Positions 19,641 through 37,320 are shown, numbered from the stretch's first letter. The stretch: DNA of 64,000 nucleotides from the human T2T-CHM13v2.0 reference genome, Homo sapiens (GCF_009914755.1 NC_060947.1), one strand, 5' to 3'. Program-made: numbers and translations. The notes: a model not told the origin generated them from the letters alone.

Positions 19641-20253
19641 ACATACACACATAAAAGTGAGCATACATACATGTATCTCTGTGCTCTGTCAGCTGATAAA
19701 TTTAGTGTTTCTATTGATTTGCTTGGTCCTTATAGACATGATGATCCTCAACTTGCCATAAAGTTAATTTAAACAATTATGAGATTCTGGAGCTTGCTTT
19801 GAACTTTCAGAGGTAGACAGTGGTTACTACAGGTGCTGGTGGGAATGTAATTCTGCAAACCCTTTAAAAAGCAATTTGACAGTATACATCAAGAGGCTGA
19901 AAAAAAGAGTTTTCTCTGCTGGGAATCTATCCTAAAGGCTGAGTACGTTTATTACAAAATAATTGGCTACTGTTTTTAAAAAGACATATAAAAGAAAAGA
20001 AAGAACTTCACGTAACAAGAAAGCGTTTAAATCCATTTAATGAAAACACATGCAGTTGTTAAAATGTTTATAAAGCATGTACGATGAATGTTAAGTTAAA
20101 AAAGCCCCACAAAATTATATATAATACATCATTATAACTATGTAGGAAATACACATAACAAGAGGACTGGAAAGATATACAACAAGAATGTTTATAACAA
20201 TTCTCTTTATTTAACTGTACTTTCCAAAGTAGTCTAGATTCAGTATGTTATTA

Positions 20254-20604
<351 letters not shown>

Positions 20605-20639
20605 TTAACTGCCTTCCCCATGGGCCCCCGCCACAATAA

Positions 20640-21360
20640 TGGCAAACTCAAAAGCTTACCAGAAAATATTACCGAGGAAGAACCCAGTTATATTGCTGAC
20701 TGCATAAAATTTTTATGGACAAACCACCACTGAGCTCCTTTTGGATCATAGGAATAATGTTGAGAACAACACTGGTTTGTTTGTTTAGTTGCCATTTACC
20801 CTTATTGTTCCTGAATCTCAACTGCTTTAACATTTTGTCAAGCAGGCTGACGGATTCTTTTGGTAAAGACACAATTGGCCCAGATAGATTCATACAGTTT
20901 ATTACTTATACAGAGAGCAAAAGCAAGATCAGCATGGTGTCAGCTTCATGCATCACTTGACTTCCAGGACAATAAAAAAATCAAAGGGGCCAGATGAAAG
21001 ACAACATGGGCAGTGGTTACTTTGTCACCGAGGTGTCTTCTCTAGATCAGCTAAGCCATTTTGTAGTTCACAGCTGTACCGTAAGGAGGAGGTAGTGAAG
21101 TAGAATGTCCCATGCCTCATTGGTATCAGGGAGGCAGATGAGAAGGATGAGAATCTGCCTTGTGGTAGCCTCCTGCAAGATAAGGAGGCAAATAACAAAT
21201 GCTGAAGACAGCTCTTCGTAAGGCTGCCAATCTTGTCATGTTCTTGGGAGGATCACAGGGTATTTCACCAAGACACACAAACCTGCATTTGAGCCTTGCC
21301 TATATAGTTTATGTGGAGACGTGCAAGGTTGCCAGAGTACCAGCATGGAACTCCTAACCC
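20640..21360 (-). mobile_element. Old ERV LTR (family not resolved) followed by a hAT-type (MER94-like) terminus to ~21413
   Basis: Reverse polyA region tttattactta at ~20898; hAT TIR-like aaattatatggtcaccctg at ~21395-21413. Confidence 0.4.
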
Positions 21361-22809
21361 TTTTCACTCTTAAAAGTGTCCTGGTTTAGACATGAAATTA
21401 TATGGTCACCCTGTTTTAGCACCAACATCTAAAAGGGATAATCATCTACCTCCTTTCCACAATACACAGAACACAAAACACTGCATACATAGGCCAACTT
21501 GTTTATAGGTGGGGAGTGAGAGTAAATGAAGGAGTGCAAGCCCACCTCTAATATTTGTTAATGTGTTTCTTAGAACTTAAAAATGATGCTTAGCTTTACA
21601 TAGAACAATAACTGGAAAAGATTGTGTAAGCAAACAATAAAAGACATATATTAATATACATTATAAAGCCACAATAAACAATGTGATATTGACAAAGAAT
21701 TAAGTAGACAAATAACTGAAACAGAATGGAGAAATCAAGAAATAGCTATGGTTCTATTTGCACACAGGAATACACGATAAAACTTTCACAACAAATAGGT
21801 GGCAGAATGATGAATTACTAAATAAATGATGTTGAAACCATTGGCAAAGTGTTTAGAAATAGAATGATTAGGTTTCCTGCCTCATACCAAATACAAAAAT
21901 ACATTCTAAGAAGATTAAAGAGATAAGCATATAAGGTAAAATGATGAAAGAACTAGAAAATACAGCTCAGGTAAATACTTATTTATCTGATTAGGCATGG
22001 TCTTGAAATGTATGAAACAAAAACAACATCATAAAGAAAAAATTATGTCAAAATGATAATAATGCCTACTTCGTAGCAGTTCTCTCAGCTGAGAGAACTG
22101 AGACTCAGAAAGGTTAACTTACTTCAACCCTAGCACCATGGTACCACTTTGAGGTCTAGAAATGTGTCTCGAAGTGGACAGCATGTCCTAATTTTCCCAT
22201 GAGAACAGAGATCACATCTTCTCCAGAAATCCCGAAGTATCAAAATCCATGCTTCTCCTACAACTCTGTAAGTGAGCTTAGTTAATGACTATAGGTGATA
22301 GAGGTCTTAATTAAAATTTGAGGAAGGTTTGATACATGCAAGATGTGTCCCATAGAGAATCTGTAGGAAAAATAAACAATAAACTTATGTAATTTCTGTT
22401 GCTGCCTCGAAGATGTGTCATAACCTAAACTCAAAGCAGAAGGATTATTGCTAGTCTTGATCTCATGTTGTTTATCTCACTCATGTAGGTTACTCCTGCT
22501 AATGCCATTACTAATCACAGGGAGACAATTTGGCAGCAAATCTATTACCCAGGACATTCTAGGAGGAAAAGTTACTTTCATCAGGTTTAAATGTGTAATT
22601 TGATATCACTCTTTTGCAAAGAAAAACAACTGAATCTCAAGACAAAAACCGCTGGCCTTGAAGAAGTGACTAAACTAATTCAAGATGTTAAAACATTTTC
22701 TTCTAAGCACTTGAGGATAAATACGTAGAATATTATAATATTGCTTAACAAAAAAGCAGATTTATAAGTGCAGATGTCTCATAAACTACTATGTCAAACA
22801 GCTTTATAA

Positions 22810-23035
22810 GAAATGGGTACAAATATATGGTTTGATAGAAGAAATAAGACGTAGTGTTAGATCAGTAGGGTGACTATAGTTTACAATAATCTACTGTATA
22901 TTTAAAAATTAGCTAGAATTGTACTGGTTCTAGTGTGAAGAAAAGACAAATATTTAAGGCAATGGATATCCTAAGTATAATGATTTGATCTTTACAAATT
23001 GTATAAAAGTATTAAATTATCACATGTATCCCCTA
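22810..23035 (+). mobile_element. L1MA-type 3' end fragment
   Basis: aatgggtacaaa...agtagggtgactatagtttacaataat...atcacatgtatcccc. Confidence 0.7.
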
Positions 23036-24124
23036 AAAGAACTCTTAGGTGTCCAGGTCCCTCTCACCAACATGGTTCTGCCATCAAGACACTTGCAAAT
23101 ATGAAGTACAAGCTAGAAAGACCTTTAAAAACCAGTTGATATAACCTCTTTGTTTTGCATATAAGGAGACTAAGTTTAAGGTTTTGAAACCAATAACAAG
23201 ATAAACACAACATGACATCACTGGGCAAAGAACATGAAAAGAAAATTCCCCTCAAAATAAATAATAGTGGAAAATAAACATACAGATCTACAAAAAAACT
23301 AGTATCCAAGAAATTCTAATAAAATAATAGACAATAATTACCCTGTGTTGAATGTTCTCCTGTCTGCTAAGCACTAATTGCCAGTTTAACCCTCACACTA
23401 ACCTATGAAATAGGTACCATTCATATCCACATTTTACATGAGACTTGAGCCTTGCCTATATAGCCTATGAGGAGTCATGCGAGGTTGTCAGGGTGCCAAT
23501 ATGGAGCTGCTCCCTCACACATTTGTCTGAGCTCATTTTACTCTCCTGGTTTGTACATTGAAGTTTACGGTCACACTAATATTAGCTTCAATGCCCGGAT
23601 AGAATAATCAGCTACCTCTTTCCACAACCTATACAACATTATACACACAGGCAGACTTGGTTATAGGTGGTGAGTGAGAATGAATGGAAGAGAGCAAATT
23701 AAGGAGACAAAGACAAAGAGAGGTTAAGGAATTGCTTAGGGCCACAAGCCCAGTAAATAGGAAAAGCCAGGATTTGAGCCCAGGCAGTCTGACTTCAGAG
23801 CCAACTCTTTATCCACTTAGTTAAGCATGTTTCCATACTAAGTTATCTTTCTAATACATTTGAAAATAGTCTAAAGATTTATAATAACCAGTATTGATAA
23901 AAGTGTGAGGAAATAGATATCCTCATATACTGTTGGTGGGAATGTAACTGAGTAATGGTCACTTGGGAAATTTGTATCCAAATTTAAAATGCTCATATCC
24001 ATGAACCTGTAATTCAACTTTTAGGACTTTAAGTAATAGAAATAAAGGTGAATGTGCAAATACATATGCAGAAGGATAATTAATATAGTATCGTTTTTAA
24101 AAGCAAATATGGATGCTTTAGTAG

Positions 24125-24658
24125 TGTTGTGAATGAAGTTTTTGGTGTCGCAAAAAAAGAATTAACGAGGGGAACAAATGATCTCTCAGCAAGGTGAGCT
24201 TTACTTTCTGCAGAAAGGGTGCTACTCAATAGCTGTCCAGCCATGAGAGCACACCAAACAAAGGAGACAGAGTTATTTATAACTGACGTGTCTACCCTAC
24301 TGCTGTGTCCAGTTTCCATTGGCTGGAATAGGACCTCACATTTTACACTTTACCCAATTGGCTACTCATTTAAAACCTTTTTAATTGGGTAAGGGGAACA
24401 GAACAAAGAAAGAAAAGGAAGTTGCCCAGGGATAGTTAAGGAAGCATCTCCAAACAAGGAATGGCATGCACTACGGGCTGGGGCTTGTCTAGTTCTGTCC
24501 AGGCATGCCGCAGCAAGCTAGGATAGCTGATTTCGAATATATATACTAACAGTGGATAACAATTAGTGGATAACAATATACTAATAGTGGATAACACTCT
24601 TATAGTAAGAAATTGTGACTTTTATAATCTTTGAAGCAGAACTTTCCCATTTCTCACA
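24125..24658 (-). mobile_element. Solo LTR10 (HERV-I family), p53-site type (LTR10B/C/D/E-like)
   Basis: TG/CA termini; 4-bp TSD GTAG/GTGG. Its 3' part is homologous to the LTR10 at 34622 (gcaccctt...AGTAAA...CCTTGCTGAGA). p53 decamers at 24481-24520. Confidence 0.75.
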
Positions 24659-24811
24659 GTGGTAAGACAAATACCCAATAAGCTTCAAAATTAAGTTTTA
24701 TTTTCTCATAAAATAATTGTATATATTGTGGAAGCAGGAGAGCCAAAGGTTGCTAAAATGGATCAAAGAGGAGTCAGGGGCTTTCTGTTTTGCTCTATAA
24801 AATTCAGAGTT

Positions 24812-25142
<331 letters not shown>

Positions 25143-25802
25143 TCAGGTTATTGTCTCATGGACACAAGGGGGCTGACATAGTTTTAGACATCACATCCTT
25201 ATAGAACTGCATCCAAAGGCACAGCAATAGTCAGCAGCCAGAGGAGTGAGAAATAGCTCCTTGTGAGCTTCCATCTACTAATTAAGGAGGGAAATCTTTC
25301 CTAGAAGCCATGCAGAAAACATTTCCTTACATATCTCTGTAACTGATCCAACTGGCCACATGTCAAAAGAGGCTGGGGAGGACAAATATATTGGCTTTGC
25401 AACATCAATTATGAATTTGAAGGGTGTAGATGCACTCTGCCTCAAGAAAGATGGACAAGGAGAAATGTCTGTTTATTAGACAATTAACAATAGATGACAC
25501 AGAAAAACGTAGAAAGCGATCTACACGTATATCACTAAATCACCAGGGAATTGGTTAAATTAATTACCATACTATAATTTACTATGCAGTCATTAAATCC
25601 ATATGTAGATTTCTATTTATGGGGCTGGCATGTTACTGAGTAAAAGGAATCTTTTAAAAATACATGTAGAGTATTATTGTCACATTTACCTTAATGTACG
25701 TGTATAAAGAAAGAAATCTAGATAGATGGAACAGTAATAGCTAGAATTGTACTGGTTCTACGTGAAGAAAAGACAAATGTTTAACACAACGATGAAATTA
25801 TG

Positions 25803-26023
25803 GGCCAGGTGCGGTGGCTCATGCCTGTAATCCCAGCACTTTGGGAGGCGGAGGCCAGTGGATCATTTGAGGTCAGGCATTCAAGACCAGCCTGGCCAAC
25901 GTGGTGAAAACCCATCTCCATTAAAAATACAAAAATTAGCCAGGTGAGGTTGCGGACACCTGTAATCCCAGCTACTCAGGAGGCTGAGGCAAGAGAATCG
26001 TTTGAACCTGGGAGGCGGAGGTT
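25803..26023 (+). mobile_element. 3'-truncated AluS abutting an antisense L1
   Basis: Stops at ggaggcggaggtt with no tail or TSD. Confidence 0.85.
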
Positions 26024-28159
<2,136 letters not shown>

Positions 28160-28160
<1 letters not shown>

Positions 28161-29420
28161 CAGCAACTTTCACTCTCTTTTGCATAGCTCCTGGGAATAA
28201 CCATCTCAGTGATCTCTAAAACGTCCGTAACTTTGGAGTCTTCCATCATTATCTGGTCTATCATATCAGTACTTTGTATATTTACGAATTTGACTAATTC
28301 CTCAATGTTTTCTTCCTTTCCAATCTCTAAACTCTGCTTTTCTTTCTCCCTCTCAGCTGGCTCTTTCCCACAAGACTGTAAGCATGCTGAAGTAGCTCTC
28401 TCATTAACTCCACCAACCAACCAATCAAATGTAGGTGTTCGCCTTGCACTGACCCAACACCCCTATCCAATTACTGTTGCATTTCTTCATTTCCATTCAC
28501 ACTGATATTTCTTGTCAAAAGAGTTGTCCTTTCTCTCTGTTGCAACTTTTTTGCCTTGAGTTCACTCTTCCTCCCACTCCAGCTCTGCTTCCAGCTTCAC
28601 CACCGTTGAATCAAATTATCTGACTTCTCTATGCCTACATGCAAGCAGTTAAACATTGCTGCAGAAATCTAATGACCAGTTCTACTAAATTCAATTTGAA
28701 TTTCTAATGACAAATTGTAAGAAAACACATGTTGAGGCAGCAATCCTACTATACTTCTCTTACTGATCTTTGTCCACTTTGTGGAACGACTGAATCGTAC
28801 CATCGACTTCTCTTTCAAACTTCTAAGAAAATGGAAGCCATCAGAGAATTTACACACCATTCTAACACCAAATTTGTATTTCTCTCTGCATTTGCAGCCA
28901 TGTTGTCTATATCTGCTGAGTCCAACTCCTTACCTTCTGCTTATATTTCCATATCCCCCAAATCTGCTTTTGATACTCAGCACCTACAATGAAACTGCTT
29001 TTGTTAAGATCACAGAGAATTCCCTATTGTAAAATCCAATTAATATTTTTTTTCTTAACTTGTTAGATCTATCAGAAGTATTTGAAACACTTGCCGACTC
29101 TCCCTCTCTTGAAACACATTCCTCTGACTTCTGGATGCCACATCCGTCTAATTTTCCTCCTTTCTCCCTGGTGGCTCCTAAACAGTCTCTTTTACTGGAT
29201 CATCTTCCTCCCCTTCTTCTCAACCTGTAAATGCAGGAGTGTCATATGGCTTTAAATACCTTCACGTCACAACTTAAATGTCACTATCCAGAGACCTTTC
29301 CTGACTGCCAATTTGAAAGTAAGTTATCCTATTATTGTTTATTAAAGCACCATGTCGACTCACTTCATGGCATTAACCATATGCTGTATTTATGTATGTG
29401 TTTAATTGTCACACTGTGAT
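28160..29420. mobile_element. L2 fragments
   Basis: Pyrimidine-rich L2 motifs (gaaactgcttttgttaagatcac; ctctcttgaaacac; tcaaatgtcact-like). Confidence 0.55.
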
Positions 29421-30459
29421 ATGTGCTACAATAGACAACTGAGCTCAGTGTGACAAACAGTAGCAGCTTAAAATAACTTTTCTCAAATTTCAGTGATTCC
29501 ATGCTGTTTAGTAAATGGTGAACAGACTATAAGAGTCAGCATTTAAAAAAAAATAAGCATCCTGGTGATACTGATGCAGGTGTTTCACAAATTGCCCTTT
29601 GAGAAACTCAGGCAAAGGGGACTGAATTTTAAAAATTGAATACTTTTATAGTCATTCAAAATTTATTGTGGTTCTACAATATGCCAACCACTATGCTAGG
29701 TATAAGCCAAAGAATCATTTGACAAGTCCTCATAAAAATTGAAAAAGGAAAGAAAACTCACTGATACAACAGGAAGGAAATATCCTAAATCTCACAAAGC
29801 ACATAAGACAAAGGGATGAAGTAAACAATCTAGAAAGACAAAGAAATTGTTTCTAAGACTTTGGTTTTACTGGTAACATAACGCCTAGACAAAAAGAAAG
29901 AAGCTTCCATATTTATATTTTTTAACAGGTTTCATGGACTTTCCTTAGTAACAATTATGCTTTGGAAGGCTTTATTTGGACACTGGGCAATTATAATGGC
30001 ATGTGTACTTCAAAACAAATGCTTTTAAGGATACAGAAAAATCATGTTAGTAATAAGCAGCTGGCAAAATATCCTGCTTCAGTGGGCAATATTTTAATGT
30101 CTCAACCTCCAGCAGCCCCCTCTTTCCTCACACATTTCACAGTACAGTTTTCACACATACAATATTCAGTATCCTTTTTAGCTGTAAAAAACTCAAGAAA
30201 CTCCAAAATTTTCACCAAAGTGGAAACTATTCAAACCAGTGTGCTTTTAATATAAAAACTAAGACACATTCAGAAATATGATCACAGTCAGAAATAAGCA
30301 ATCATAGGACTTGACTTCTATCTATGGTTTCCAGCATCCTCTTCCCTTGAATCCCAAATGTTTTTGAAAGTTTTTTTTTAATTTCTCAATAACTTACTCT
30401 TTCATCAAGTGCTATTGAAAGAAAAACCATGAAATTTTGAGCTCATACTATAATTTGGT

Positions 30460-33075
30460 GATTCATTCAACAAATACTATCATTAGCCCCAAATTTCTGT
30501 CAGGCCCTGTCTTAGGAGCTAGGCACACAATAGTGAACAAAACAGACAAAAATTCATGTCTTCATGAAGCTTCTATTCAGTGTGTGTGGTAAGTAGGTAC
30601 AGTAAGTAAAGCACGATTTATGCTAGATGATGTTAAGTGCTATAGGGGAAAGCAGGGAACTAGAGTCATGAGTGCTGCTAGGGGCATTCAGATTTTAAAC
30701 AGGATAGCCAGGGAAGACCTAACTGTGCAGGTGACATTTGAGCACGATCCTGAAACAGGTTAGGGAGAAAGACATGCAAATGTCTGGGCAAAGTTTATTC
30801 CAGGCAAAATGAAGCAAACGTAAGTATCTTCTGTTGGAAGCATGTGTGGTATGGTCAAGGAAAAGCAAAGAGGCCAATGGAGCTGAGTAGAATGAAGGGA
30901 AAGGAGAGTTGTGGCATAAGTTAAAGAGGTAGGTAGGAGCAAGATCACAAGGACCTTGTGAGAAAGCTTTTATCCTGATAGAGAGAGGAATCACTGGAGA
31001 GCTTTGAGTAGAAACTTAACACAATCCTTTAAAAAGATTACTGTGGCTGCTATGTGGCTAATAGAGTGTAAACAGGCAAGTGTGGAGGCAGGGAATCAAT
31101 TTAGGAAAATATTGCTATTATCCAGGCAAAGAATGGTGTCTCAGAGCAGAGTGGCATTAATGGGAATGATGAATAATGTATTGAAGGTCCAAAGGCTGAT
31201 CCCTGGAGTAGTCCAAAGTTTAGAATTGGGGAAGTGAAGGAGGAAGTCATCAAAGGACGCTGAGGAGGAAAAACCAGTGAGGTATGAAGAAAACGAAGAA
31301 ATTATAGTGCCCTTAAAGCAAAATGAAGATATTATATGAAGGGAGAGGAAATAATTAACTATATTAAATACTGCTGATACGTCAAGTTACATGAAGACTG
31401 AGAATGGGCCTTAGGGTTAGCAACATGGAGGTCACCGGTAAGTATATTAGTTTTCTAGGGCTGCCATAACACTATACCACAGACTGGGTGGCTTAAACAA
31501 AATAAATTTATTTGCTCACACTTCTGGATGCTGAAAGTGTGAGGTCAAGATGTTGATAGGTTTGGGTCCTTCTGGGGCCTCTCTCCTTGGCTGGCAGACA
31601 AGCTGTTTTCTTACTGAGTCCACACATGTCCTTTCCCCTGTGACTCTGCACCCTTGTGTCTCTGTGTGCCCAACTTCTTACCTTGTAAGGACACCAATCA
31701 TATTGGATTAGAGCCCACCTTAATAGCCTCATTTTAACCTAACACTCCTTTAAAAAGCCTATCTCCAAATACAGTCACATTCTGAGGTACAAGGGATTAG
31801 GACTTCAACATAGGAAATTGGGGGGACACAATTCAGCCCATAACAGTAACCTTTATAAAAGGTGGTGGGAAAAGTGGTAAGATTTAAAGCCTTTAACAAA
31901 AAAGTTGGAGGAGAAAACTCAAAATCAACAAATGTAGACTATATTTTCGAGGACTTTTGCTGTAAAGAGGAGAGAGAAATGGGACAGCAGCCAGAGAAGA
32001 AAGTGAAATCAAGAGAGCTATTTGATTTGGTTCGTTTTTTTTTTTTTTTTTTTAAGATGGGAGAAATATCAGCAGGTTATGTTTATGAGAAAGACCCACT
32101 AGAAAGGGAAAATTTAATAATATGGGATAGGAAGAAGAAAATTATAGGAGGGCTATCTTGGTGCTGGTGAGTAGGGATGAGGTTAAGTTCAACTGCTTTA
32201 GCTAGAAGTATGTGTAGTTCACCGTTATTAACAGGAAAAATGCTGAATATATGGGCATAGAAACTGGTTGGTGAAAAGATATGGGGAGAGTGGATGGAGG
32301 AAAATCTCTTTTGATTGTTTTTATTTTCTCATGTAAACAGGAAGCAAGTTGGAGTTAGTGGATATTTGAATTTTGAAAAGGGAGAAGGCATGGAATAGTT
32401 ACTGAGAATGTTAATGGAATTGGCAAATATAGCACAATTGACAGGCAGCATTAAGGACTCACTTGGGGCTAGCGATATTGAGTTTAAAGTGAGACCAGTT
32501 AGAAGGACTGTATGATTTTCTTTGATCATGTTCAACTTAATTAGACTTAGGATTTTGTCAAATGGGTATAATTACCAAGAGAGAGAGCCAAGGGAGTTGA
32601 AGATAATATGAGAGAGTAATTTTAATGGTGGACCATGGACTCTAAGCCCAGTGTGGAGGAAAGTGAGGATATATTTGGGTTGTGAAGGGGAAGAGACGTG
32701 AAAGAGAAAAGTTAGAAGAGTTATGAGATTGGAGGTCTCCATTGGGTAAAATAATTATCAGAGTACCAAAGGGAGTGAGTTAGTGGTCAAGTGGGATGTT
32801 TGAAATTGACGTTATGGAGGGATTGCAGTTATTGATAATGACAAGATAAGTTATGGCCATAGGAACAAGTGGTAAAGTTGATGAGGAAAATAACACTGAA
32901 GATGGGGTAAAGGAAATGAGAGGCCAGGGTGTTGAAAGGATCATCATACACCTGGATATTGACATCAACAAGAATTGAAACATAAATGATATTGGTAAGA
33001 GCAATATTATGCCACAAAGTAAAACATCCTCAATAATTGAGAGGGAATAAACTGAAAGTCAGTAGATTACTGTAA
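30460..33075. mobile_element. L2 interrupted by an MLT1A LTR
   Basis: attcattcaacaaata end, gaacaaaacagacaaaa, purine-rich L2 body. Confidence 0.6.
31443..31845 (-). mobile_element. MLT1A/A0-like LTR
   Basis: tatattagttttctagggctgccataac...cacaattcagcccataaca; TSD GTAA(G/C). Confidence 0.8.
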
Positions 33076-33083
33076 CAAGGAGG

Positions 33084-33655
33084 TTTATTAGTCAGGGTTC
33101 TCTGGAGAAACAGAGCAAATAGGGTGTGTGTGTGTGTATGTATAGAGAGAGAGCAATATACATAGAGAAAGAGATTATACAAAATTGACTCAAATGATTC
33201 TGGAAGCTAACAGGATCCAAAATCTGTAGGCAGCAAGCTGAAGACCCAGGAGAGTTGATGGTGTAGTTCCAGTTTGAGTCTGAAGGCCTGAGAACCACTT
33301 AGAGCCAATGGTGTAGTTCCCATCCAAAGGCCAGCACGCTTGAGATCCAGGAAGAGCTGATGTCTCAGTAGAAGTTCGAAGGCAGGAAAAAGCCAATGTC
33401 CCAGTTTGAAGGCAGTCAGGCAGGAGGAATTCCCTCTTATTCAGGAGAAGATCAGCCTTTTTCTTCTAGTCAGGTCTTCAGATGATTGGATGAAGTTCAC
33501 ACACATTAGAGAAGACAATCTGCTTTACTCAATCTACTGATTCAACTGTTAGTCTCATACAAAAACACCCTCACAGAAACACACAGATTAGTGTTTGATC
33601 AATTATCTGGGCAACCCTTGGCCCAGTCAAGGTTACATGTAAATTTTACCATCAC
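33084..33655 (-). mobile_element. MLT2B-like (HERV-L) LTR
   Basis: tattagtcagggttctc...ttaccatcaca. Confidence 0.78.
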
Positions 33656-33759
33656 AAGGGGTAACGGGAAGTATAATCTAAGGACATAAGTTTCCAAGCT
33701 GGAAGGAGGAGGATAGGAGAATAGTCCTCCACTAGCAAGGAGGAGCAAGGAGAACACTA

Positions 33760-34148
<389 letters not shown>

Positions 34149-34621
34149 TTAGGGTAGAACCAGATTTAAGTTAAAATAAGTAGACGAAGGAAACATTAAG
34201 ACAAGTTGTTGAAGGTAAGTGGGATTTTCTCGAATACCAACTCTGATTTCCAGAGGACAAAGTATAAGGTTTACAAGAGTTGAGAGACAGGATTAAAACA
34301 AAGATATACAAGGAAAATATAAAGATGAGGAGACCTGGGATATTTGAGGATTAATCCTAATGGCCCTAAGTCAAAATAGTGATGGTATGACTCTAATCAT
34401 CATTGTTCAGAAAGGAAGGGTAGTAGTTTTGTCTGAGAGCAGGTTTGTTTGGGTGTTATTCTGCTCTGCAAACTTTGTGTTTTCCCCTTAATATGGGGGT
34501 TTCTTCTCTTAACATTTATTTTTTGCTATAGACTTTTTTTTTTACAATGAGATAAGAAAAACAGGCTCTGATTGACTGTTTAGGATACACTCATGTTTTA
34601 TTCAATTAACTGTCATGCCAC

Positions 34622-35442
<821 letters not shown>

Positions 35443-35738
35443 CCACTTAGAATGCAAGTTCCTTGAAGACAGAGTCTACACTGTGAATATTCACTCTAAA
35501 AATAATTTATCCCATAGAATATTTAAACTTTCTATTAAGGATTTCATGTTGGCTGGTTTGAGCCCACAGGAATAAGCCTGCTACGTGCTCTGTGTACCCT
35601 TTGTCTGTTCAACTTTTCATCAGACCTAACCATCTCCTCAGGCCTTTTGGAGAACCCCAACACTTCCATCTCCTCCAGGAAGCCATAATTGGGAGAAGGG
35701 GTCAAAGACCCTAGTCCAACTCAGTCTGACCATAGAAA

Positions 35739-36281
35739 TGTGATGGTTAATATTAAGTGTCGACTGGATTGAAGGATGCAAAGTATTGTTCCTAGGTATG
35801 TCTGTGAAGGTGTTACCAGAGGACATTAACATTTGAGTCAGTGAACTGGGAGAGGCAGACCCACCCTCAATCTGGGTAGGCCCATCTATCAGTTGCCAGC
35901 ACGGATAGGAAAAGAAGCAGGCAGAGGAACGTGGAAAGACTAGGCTGGCTAAGTCTTCCAGCCTCCATCTTTCTCCCGTGCTGGAAGCTTCCTGTCCTCG
36001 AACACTGGACTCCAAGTTCTTCAGCTTTTTGACTCTTGGACCTACACCAGTGGTTTGCCAGGGGCTCTCAGGCCTTTGACCACGACTGAAGGCTGCACTG
36101 TTGGCTTCCCTACTTTTGAGATTTTGGGACTCGGACTGGCTTCCTTGATCCTCAGCTTGCAGACAACCTATTGTGGGACTTCACCTTATGATCATGTGCA
36201 TCGATACTCCTTAATATACTCCCTGTCATATATACATCTATACTATTAGTCCTGTCCCTCTAGAGAACCCTGACTAATACA
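35739..36281 (+). mobile_element. MLT2A-like (HERV-L) solo LTR
   Basis: tgtgatggttaatatt...gagtcagtgaactgggagaggcagaccc...ctagagaaccctgactaataca. Confidence 0.88.
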
Positions 36282-36493
36282 AATTCATTATGTACTGTAG
36301 TGGGCTGAATGGTAGCGATGCCAAAATGCATGTCTACATCATAATCTCCAGAACCTATGAATGTTGCTTTATTTGGAAAATGGGTATCTGCAGATATAAT
36401 TAAGTTAAGGATGTTGAGATGGGGAGATCATCTTGGATTATCCAGATGAACCCTAAATCCTATGACAAGTGTCCTTTATAGGAGCGAGACTGA

Positions 36494-36833
36494 CATAAAA
36501 AAAGATGAGTTCATGTCCTTCGCAGGGACATGGACGAAGCTGGAAACCATCATTCTCAGCAAACTAACACAGGAACAGAAAACCAAACACCGCATGTTCT
36601 CACACATAAGTGGGAACACAATGAGAACACATGGACACGGGGAGGGTAACATCACACACCGGGGCCTGTCAGGGGGTGGAGGGTTAGGGGAGGGATAGCA
36701 TTAGGAGAAATACCTAATGTAGACGATGGATCGATGGGTGCAGCAAACCACCATGGCATGTGTATACCTATGTAACAAACCTGCATGTTCTGCACATGTA
36801 TCCCAGAACTTAAAGTATAATTTAAAAAAAAAA
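36494..36833 (+). mobile_element. L1PA (PA7-like) 5'-truncated 3' end
   Basis: KKDEFMSFAGTW..LETIILSKL ORF2 C-terminus, G-rich 3'UTR, gaacttaaagtataa and A tail. Confidence 0.9.
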
Positions 36834-37026
36834 GTAGGAGTTATCTCCTTTCGTTTTTCAGAGCATAAGCTCTCACAAGGAAAAAGATTATTAAATCATA
36901 TTCCTCTATGGCAGAAAACCATAGAGAATTTGCCCTAAATAAATAATGTATGAGAATAAAAACCAGTTATTTTTATAGTAGCATAATTTTTAACAGTGAA
37001 AAACTGGAAGCAATGTAAAACACTGA

Positions 37027-37320
37027 CAGAGTGTGGTGGCTCACGCCTGTATTCCCAGCACTTTGGAAGGCTGAGGTGGGAGGATAGCTTGAATCCAGGA
37101 GTTCAAGACCAGCCTGGGCAACATAGCAAGACCCCACTGTACAACACAAAATTTAAAAATTAGCTGGACCTGGTGATACACACCTGTAGTCCCAGCTACT
37201 CAGGAGGCTGAGGTGGGAGGATTGCTTGAGCCCGGGAGTTTGAGGCTACAGTGAGCTATGATCACACCACTGCACTCCAGCCTGGGTGGCAGAGTAAGAC
37301 CCTGCCTGTAAATAAATAAA
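37027..37320 (+). mobile_element. AluJ
   Basis: ggaggatagcttga, gggaggattgcttgagccc and gaggctacagtgagctatgatc J diagnostics. Confidence 0.85.
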
